Shown piece by piece: positions 39,300 to 46,682 of a stretch of 46,682 nucleotides of DNA; positions within the stretch are counted from its first letter, which is position 1; every line of letters starts with the position of its first letter. Origin of the DNA: Octopus bimaculoides (lineage: Eukaryota); the NCBI RefSeq assembly GCF_001194135.2, contig NC_068997.1, positions 50,041,897-50,088,578 of the forward strand, written 5' to 3'. Under the pieces are notes generated by a model. It was given only the letters and a program-made list of their open reading frames with translations, searched no databases and was not told the DNA's origin. The translations under genes were made by a program, and so were the position numbers.

Positions 39300-40865
39300 T
39301 TCAGAGATTGTTTTTATTCCAACTCTAAACATAACCATACCAAGCACCGTTCTTTGATAGAAGTTAGCTAAAATATTCCCTAGGTTCTTTGTAGCAGCAT
39401 TCTTGCCCAAAATACCCTGTTGTTATTTTTATTAATTCATTTGTTCGTTCATTAAGAAATTAATGTTATCTAACTGTTGCAAATATTAAAATGCTAAGCT
39501 AGATCATTCACATCGTCCCAGAAAAGATGGGATGGTCTAAGTTCAGATATTTTGGATCATAAGTTTGCTAAACAATAATGTTGTCCTTGTTCACAGTTTC
39601 CCATTTCTCAATTCAAATTTTTCCAGAGCAGATAAATTAAGCACCAGTAAAATACAGAGTAGGGGGACGATTTTCCGGAGCCCATCCCTTTAATTTACAC
39701 ATCTTATTCAGTTCTAACACAAGTCTCATGAAAATGGAAACAAAAATAACAATTAATTATCATAAAGCACAGCAGTATTTTCCAATGTTGTAATAATAAT
39801 TAATAAAAAAAAAAACTGTATCATTAACCCAGTGACTGCAACTCACAGACATTCAAAATCAATCCCTTTGTTAGAATGGAACAAAAAAAAAAAAAGCAAA
39901 TAATCAATTCTTCATGGTGCTATGAAGACCCAGACATTTTTGTGATTGACTCATATCAAGGATTCATGGAACTTTTTACAAATATAATTGTTTCCTCATG
40001 CAAACTTTCCCATTATTTGATACATTTATTTATGGTAAACAGTTAAAACTGTTAAATTAAACAAAAAAAAAAATGAATAAACACAAACAAATGGATTTAA
40101 AATATAAACAGAAGTGGTGGAAGGGATGTTTAGAAAATATTTAAGAATTGTTTGTTTCACTGTTACATTTACAAAATGTAACTCCATCTTGATAGATCTG
40201 TTCTCTTATTGATCCGTTTCCAGATTCATTTAATGTAAAGCTGTTTTTAAAAAATAATATGAACTCTCTTTCTCTTTCTCTCTCTCTCCCACTCTCTCTC
40301 ACTACTCTATGTAAGAATGCTCTCGTCTTTCAGTCTTACATTCCATCACAAGACTTCATTCCCCAAGTCAACCAATATACACTGTGATATTCTTCACTTG
40401 TGACTCATTCTGTAAATTTACAATTCTGTAAGAAGCCCTCCCTTGCCCTGTCAACCAATCTAGTCTATAAAAGAAATCCTCCCTCACTTGACATACCATT
40501 TCTTTTAATTACATAACACAGCCCCTTTCACTAACAAACCAATCAAAATCTTTGTATTTGATAGATAAAATATATTTTTTACAGACTGCAATGACTCCAT
40601 TCATTCACTTAAAAACTTTTATATTAAAAAAAAATGGCAAGGACGAGGGTGAAGGGAGTATTTTTTGTAGCCTCTTGTCTCCTTCTGCTTAATCTAACTG
40701 AAAAACTTTAAGCCAGAGCAGAAAGTAAGAACAAAGAAAATTTTGCAGTATAAAAACCACACACTTTCCTCATTTGAATAAAAATAAACGGTATTTCCTT
40801 TGAAGGGATAAGAAAACAGTGTTTCAAAATTCCTCCCCCAAAATACATAAAATTGTTTTAAAAAA
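39300..40865 (-). other. Probable 3' UTR of the RhoGAP gene
   Basis: Directly downstream of the stop and almost free of SINEs. Minus-strand AATAAA hexamers at 40030-40025, 39433-39428 and 39318-39313. The true end is unknown. Confidence 0.4.
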
Positions 40866-42030
40866 TCATTTCAATTCCCCATATCGAATTTTGTATTTGT
40901 TAAGTATCTCCTGTAATTCTATAACTTTGTCGATGGTCTTGTCTTTGGCATTACTTTGATTCTGAAGTTGTACTTTCAGTGATTCAACTTCCAATACTTT
41001 CTCCTCATACAAAACTTTCATCTGATTTAAATCTTTCTTTAGCTTCTCTACTTCAGTTAAAGGCTTCGGCATCTCGTTTTTGTCTTCTTTTGGAATGTGC
41101 TTGATATCACACATACCAAAAACAGCATTGCTTGGAGTGAAATGCTCCCAGTTAAATTTCACCTCTGAAGGGGAAGCTACCTCACCAAAACCTTCAGTAT
41201 TTCCTCCAAATGACTCGGGTGGGGTCTCTGGTGACTTACAAGACTCTGGAGAACTTAATGATTCGCTGAAGTTATTGTTTCTCTCGATAAGACGTAAACG
41301 CCGATGATGCCTGGAACTGTTTGATTTCGTGAGCCGGAGAGGTGGTGCAGGTTTCAAAGCCTTCAAGCTATGGGCCTTTGTGAAAGGTGATGGTGATGTT
41401 ACTGGTAAGTTATTAAATTCATCCGCAAGCTGAAATTCAATGTCACTGGTTTGTAATGGAGGTTCACATGTGTTTGTGAATGGCTGCAGTACTGGAGCAC
41501 CACAACGTGAATCCAGAGGCCTGTCAAGTAAGTTTGGACCGCAATCATGGACAAAAATCACATCTGAATGCTTGATAAGTATTAACGCAAGTTTCTGGTT
41601 CAAATCTGCTGTAGCACGTAAAATTTCTGGGTTTTCATCTTCATGACGAATGATGTTTGGCCCAAAAACCATTGCCAAATTTGCTAGCGTCATCTTATTA
41701 ACATCAGAATACTGTGACACCTTGTGAAGATGCTTGCACAAATACTGCAAAATGTTGTAGTTGTCCGACTCCAAAATATTCACAGCTTCTTTTAGTCTTG
41801 GAATGAATTCTTCATCTTGGCTCTTATGTTTGTCAACAGCTTCATAAGCAATGCTCATGAATCTCTGGAAATGTTCACTGGGAATAATGGAGTCTGGTAG
41901 TTCGCGGAGATATAATTTTAATAAAGATGCTACAGTATGTACATCAGCTTCACTGTCTTCTAGTTTAATGCATACACCTGTATCAAAGCTTTCTTGCAGT
42001 TCTTTTATTAATACCATACGACCAGCTAAC
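40866..42030 (-). CDS. ARHGAP24-like: Terminal coding exon of the RhoGAP: rest of the GAP domain, Ser/Pro-rich linker and C-terminal coiled coil
   Basis: Real part of ORF 40866..42086. Acceptor atttttgcag| at 42032-42031; 1165 bp = 1 + 388 codons including TGA at 40868-40866. RhoGAP motifs DVHTVASLLKLYLRELP, NYNILQYLC and NKMTLANLAMVFGPNI; PxxPxR motif PAPPLR; heptad-rich C-terminus ending KYKIRYGELK*. Confidence 0.95.
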
Positions 42031-42924
42031 CTGCAAAAATAGAAAATAAATAAATAGAAAAATATAAAGAGATAAACAAACAGCAAACAAACACATAAGT
42101 AAATAAATACAAACTAGTTACCAGTTCAAATATGCCTGAGGCATGTTCAAATCTGTACAAAAGTCATTCACTGTGTTTTGTCAAGAGGAAAATTTCTCAC
42201 TGGAGACAGAGAGGTGTATATGACAGTAATATCACAAAAAGGACCCGTCTCTCGTGCCAGTTCACAGTGTCCCCTTTTCTTGTCTGCAGCAGAAGAGAAG
42301 ATAACTGGAATTCAATGGGTTATGATAGCAAGGGTTTCAGTTGATTTGACCAATGGAACAGCCAGCTCAGAAAATTAACACGCAAGTGGCTGAGTGCTCC
42401 ACAGACATATGTACCCTTGATGTAGTTCCCAGGGAGATTCAGCGTGACACAATGTGACAAGGCTGGCCCTTTGAAATACAGGTACGACTTATTTTTGCCA
42501 GAGGAATGGACTGGGAAACCTGAAATAAAAAGACTTGCTCAAGAACACAACATGCTGCTGAGAATCAAACTCACAACCTTACAAACATACACTCCAAGAT
42601 GCACGTATCCAACAGTCTGGCTAGGAACCGCTGGGAACTGACTTTCTGTCTCTCTGTCAACAATGAGGAATTTTTTCAATGACAAAATACAGCGAATGAC
42701 TTTCTTACAGGTTTGAATATGATTTAAGCATTTTTGAACTGGTAACAAATTTGCGGGAAGAGAAGGTTTGGGGGAGATGTGGATAGATGCAGTGAGTGCA
42801 GTAAGGGAAAGAAAGTCTAGAGGGCATCCCAAAGAAGTAAGGGCATATACATGTGTGTGCATGCGTGTGTGGAGAGGGGGTGCATGTGTACGTGTTTGTG
42901 TAAATTAAAAGAATTTACAATTAC
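42031..42924 (-). other. Phase-2 GT-AG intron (894 bp) splitting the arginine-finger codon AG|G
   Basis: Donor TATAG|gtaatt and acceptor polypyrimidine-tttgcag|GTTAGCT; the joined reading EGVY-R-LAG is the canonical GxY/FR arginine finger. Confidence 0.92.
42117..42746. repeat. Intronic inverted repeat with 97-bp arms (about 79% identity by hand), enclosing a SINE C fragment
   Basis: GTTACCAGTTCAAA...GACAGAGAG (42117-42213) versus the reverse complement of 42650-42746. Confidence 0.85.
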
Positions 42925-43060
42925 CTATATACACCCTCAGTTTCCATTCCATGTTCTTCAAGAAACTTGACACAAGCTTCAATTATATAAGGAACTTTCC
43001 TTTTGGTTTTATTATTGTGCTCATACAACATGGTTTCCTTAAGGTACTGGCCAAAGATAG
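42925..43060 (-). CDS. ARHGAP24-like: Penultimate coding exon of an ARHGAP22/24/25 (FilGAP)-family RhoGAP, encoding the start of the GAP domain
   Basis: Not in the ORF track; read by hand. Acceptor ttttgcag| at 43062-43061, donor |gtaatt at 42924. The 136 bp equal 2 + 44 codons + 2: (x)IFGQYLKETMLYEHNNKTKRKVPYIIEACVKFLEEHGMETEGVY-R. This matches the remembered human ARHGAP24 segment GIFGQKLEDTVRYE...[20 protein letters not shown] and splices in frame to the next exon. Confidence 0.93.
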
Positions 43061-45300
43061 CTGCAAAACATATGGAATAAAATAAGATTTAGAATGGAAT
43101 TAAAATGAAATAGAATGAAAGAAGAGAGATGAAAATTATCAGATGATACTGCACCGCGACTAAGCTGGTCGATGGCTTAACAGTCCAGCAATGGCATGGC
43201 TGGCCAAAACTTCAAAGTCACTGTCAACAACATTCTCGTTTAAGAATAATAAATTTGTACTCTCCAAAAGTACAGAGCAACCAATCAGATTGGTGTAAAA
43301 TTGTTTTTATTACAATTGAACTTAAAAACAAACATTTACACATACATACACACACCCTAAAGATGCTTGTGTGGCTGTTTGAGTTGCCGTCATGACTACA
43401 TGGTTCTAGGTTCAGTCCCATTGTATGGTACCTTTAGCAAGTATTTTCTATTCAATCTATGGGGTAACCAAAGCCTTGAGATGGGATTTGGTAGATGGAA
43501 GCTAAAGGTTGGAAGTGTAAAAAGTTTATTACAGGGTTACGATGAGCCCCCAGCTGTGACAATGAAGAGGAAGAGAGATGAATGAATTAGAACATATATT
43601 AAATTCCTTCATAAATCAGAGAGAAAGAATAAAGAATGAGGTCAAAATATCAATCATAATGTTTAATCGGGGTCACTCAAAGATATTAAAGTTGTACCGA
43701 ATATTGAAATTACTGGGTTCACATGACTGCTCGGCCAACCATCTCCACCATAACCCTTGTTCCCCACCCACTTGCCACAGAGAATAACAAGGTACTTGAT
43801 ACCATTCATTGGTCTGACATCTAAGCCATCAATCAAAACTACAAATGGAGCTAATTTAAAACAAATTCCCCTGCAGGACTTTAATATACTTTGATATTTA
43901 TATACACACACTCATCATTCACACATACTGTCAATCAATACAGAATGTGTGTGTGTGTGTGTGTNNNNNNNNNNNNNNNNNNNNNNNNNNNNNNNNNNNN
44001 NNNNNNNNNNNNNNNNNNNNNNNNNNNNNNNNNNNNNNNNNNNNNNNNNNNNNNNNNNNNNNNNTAATTTTGTCATAGTAAAACAAGATATCTTCCTTTG
44101 AAAATACCAGATATTTCAAGTCCTGCCTTACAAGTACAACCAGACCAATCCAAAGTGCACTGACCATGACTAATGGAAAAAAAATAAAACAAAGCTGATT
44201 TATTGGTCAGTTACAAAGTATTTGTCAGATCAAGCAGGTCTATGTCATCACAGTTTTAACCGCAGGCTAATAGACAATGTACATACGCACAAAGGAAACT
44301 CCCTGGAAGAAGGTTGATGGTGGCAATGATGACAACAGCAACACCACTGTCATTGTTACCATCATCATCACCACCACCACCATCGTTTAATTTCCATCTT
44401 CCATACTGGCTTGACTTGGATGGTTTGATAGGATCCGACAGGTCCAGAGATTGTGTTATGCTCCAATGTCTGCTCTGCCATGGTTTCTACAAATGGATGC
44501 CCTTCCTAGAGCCAATCACTTTGCAGAGAGCACTAGTGTTTTTATTTCATGTTTGTGGCCCCAGCTGTAGTGCAGTTGCCATATAACTTATAAGACTAAG
44601 GTCTCCTTTAACTAAGCTGGACTACACAGTAAAGAGGGAGGCAATATTATGCTGGTGATGAACGATTAGAGTATGAAGACAGAAGATGGAACAGGGCTTT
44701 TACTGTAGGGGAGATACAGGGCAACTCACATTACAGAAGAGGTGGTGGTGGTGGTGATGATGGTGGTGGTGGTGGTGGTGGTGGTTTCTGTGGACATTAA
44801 CACTAACAAGAATGATTATGATGAGACTTTTAGCCAGAACAATAAGCATTGGAAACAATACCATCCTTTAAATGCATACACAGGTTTTGACAAACAAGAG
44901 CAATTACGTATTTTTGCTTTGAGCATCTTTGGTTCTTTCAGTCTTTTCTTCTGACAGAAGAACGCTGACAGCCTTTCTTGACTGAAGGAAGTCCATAATA
45001 TAGTTAATCCTGAGTATACTCTCAGAGTATACTGTGTTCACAGATAAAACTTATCCCTGCCTGCTATAGAAGGTGGCTAAAAGTCTTAGCAACAAGAAGT
45101 GCATCAGACTGCAAAGTGCTGTCCCAAAAGGGAACCGCCAACATCATGACATTATTTACATTATTTACATTTGACAGATATTTGCCTGCAGCTTGTTTGT
45201 TGCTAACACAATGTTTTGGCTAACATACCCTCCAACCTTCATATGCCCACGGGCACATGGCATAGTGGTTAAGAGCACGGGGTACTAACCCCAATGCATG

Positions 45301-45331
<31 letters not shown>

Positions 45332-45457
45332 GTGTGTGTGTATGTATATACACATGTGTATGTGTGTGTGTGTGTACATATATATATTATTAAACCTTTC
45401 TTTCAAGACATATGAGCTGTAACTGAGATGTGCTCAGAATGAGTCTAAGACGAATGA

Positions 45458-46440
45458 TAACTGAAGAGGTGAACTCAGAAACAATGTTTAGGTCAATCAG
45501 TAAATACCCAAATACACATAGGTGTAAACACTTTTTTTAATATTTTTAAAAATACACATACATTAATCCATATCAATACAGATCAATACAAATTTATATA
45601 TGTATATAAAAGCATAACATATAAATATATAAATAAAAATATAAATTAAAAGAAAGTAAAAATATGTGAGGTGTAAATGTGGTGAGTGCAAATGAAAGAG
45701 AACGCATTAACAGTAATAGAGATTGAAAATGAAATGATAAACTACCTATAAAAAAATGATACAAGATATATAAATTATATAACAGCAGGAAGGCGTCTAA
45801 GTCATTGAACAGCAAAGATAGGTAAGACAGCTCTGAGAACAAATAACTACATTACTAGAATAGATAAAAAAAATTTACAATTAAAGATTAAGAATTAAGG
45901 ATAGAGTCCCGTTATTAGAGGAAGTTCATTCGACAGCCATTTCTGGAGTTCATTTTTGGTAAGGCAAAAAGTTCAAAAGTTTAATTCTTAATGCTTAATT
46001 GTAAATTTTTTGATCTAGTCTAGTAATGTAGTTATTTCATCTCTGAACTGTCTTACCTATCTTTGCTGTACGATGACTTTGATGCCTTCCTACTCTTATA
46101 TAATTTATATATGTTATATATATTGTATCTTTTTCTCTAGCTAGTTTATCATTTTATTTTCAATTTCTATTTCTATTACTGTTAATGCGTTCTCTTTCGT
46201 TTGCACTCACCATATTTGCACCTCGCATATTTTTACTTGCTTTTAATTTATATCTTTATTTATATATTCATATGTTATGCTTTTATATATATAGAGAGAG
46301 ATTTGTATTGATTTGTATTAATATGGATTAATGTATGTGTGTTTTTTTAAAGTGTTTTAAAAATTTTACGTCGATGTGTTTTCTGTTTGGGAATTTGCTG
46401 ATTGACCTAAACATTGTTTCTAAGTCTACCTCTTCAATTA
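45458..46440. mobile_element. Fold-back/MITE-like element with about 440-460-bp arms, 82-bp spacer and TA ends
   Basis: 45458-45898 aligns to the reverse complement of 45981-46440 along its whole length (roughly 80-85% by eye). Confidence 0.9.
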
Positions 46441-46577
46441 TATACATACATATAGAAATATATATATATATACATATGTACATACATATACATATGTATA
46501 TACATACATATATACATACATATACATATGTATATACATACATATATACATACATAGATATATACATACACAGATAT

Positions 46578-46622
<45 letters not shown>

Positions 46623-46682
46623 TACATATATATATATGCATACATATATATATATGCATACATATATATATATATATATATA

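Noticed and set aside
42031-42086. N-terminal part of ORF 40866..42086 (MLFVYLFIFFYLFIFYFC)
   Set aside because: This is the intron polypyrimidine tract; the real exon starts at 42030.
44097-44126. Minus-strand AGLEISGIFK resembling the RhoGAP GL..EGIFR motif
   Set aside because: No splice donor in phase, and the true exon was found at 43060-42925.
44908-44996. Possible upstream exon MDFLQSRKAVSVLLSEEKTERTKDAQSKN with a gtaatt donor
   Set aside because: The ATG frame ends in phase 2 whereas the next exon needs phase 1, and there is no similarity to the PH domain.
45151-45243. Minus-strand ATGAAGGTTGG...TTAGCCAAAAC, like a decayed Penelope-type CTGATGAAGGC...GCCGAAAC end
   Set aside because: Both catalytic cores are mutated or truncated, and the comparison rests on a remembered consensus only.
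45461-45490. CTGAAGA...GAAAC hammerhead-like spacing
   Set aside because: Stem II and stem I do not pair, and the sister arm of the fold-back reads TTGAAGA; it is part of the inverted repeat.

Overview
Eukaryotic, AT-rich, repeat-dense draft-assembly DNA with 12 N-gaps. The SINE and microsatellite landscape looks like a cephalopod, probably Octopus; this is inferred from remembered repeat families, not from a search. The only host gene I can support is on the minus strand near the right end: the last two coding exons (43060-42925 and 42030-40866) of an ARHGAP22/24/25 (FilGAP)-family RhoGAP. They are joined by an 894-bp GT-AG intron that splits the catalytic arginine-finger codon; upstream exons are not visible. 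The rest is non-coding DNA filled with decayed mobile elements: Tx1/L1-clade, Dong/R4-clade and RTE-clade LINE fragments, a hAT end, a mariner HTH fragment, a Tc1-like element with DD36E spacing, several tRNA-derived SINE families, fold-back/MITE-like inverted repeats and many microsatellites. Almost all other ORFs in the track are microsatellite, N-gap or repeat artefacts. The best second-look items are the DD36E Tc1 remnant, hammerhead-like Penelope-type motifs with an adjacent 25-bp inverted repeat, long intronic inverted repeats in the RhoGAP pre-mRNA beside a GluA2-R/G-like split Arg codon, an oppositely oriented Tx1 pair breaking at the same codons, and a higher-order satellite. I found no convincing novel multi-gene system.
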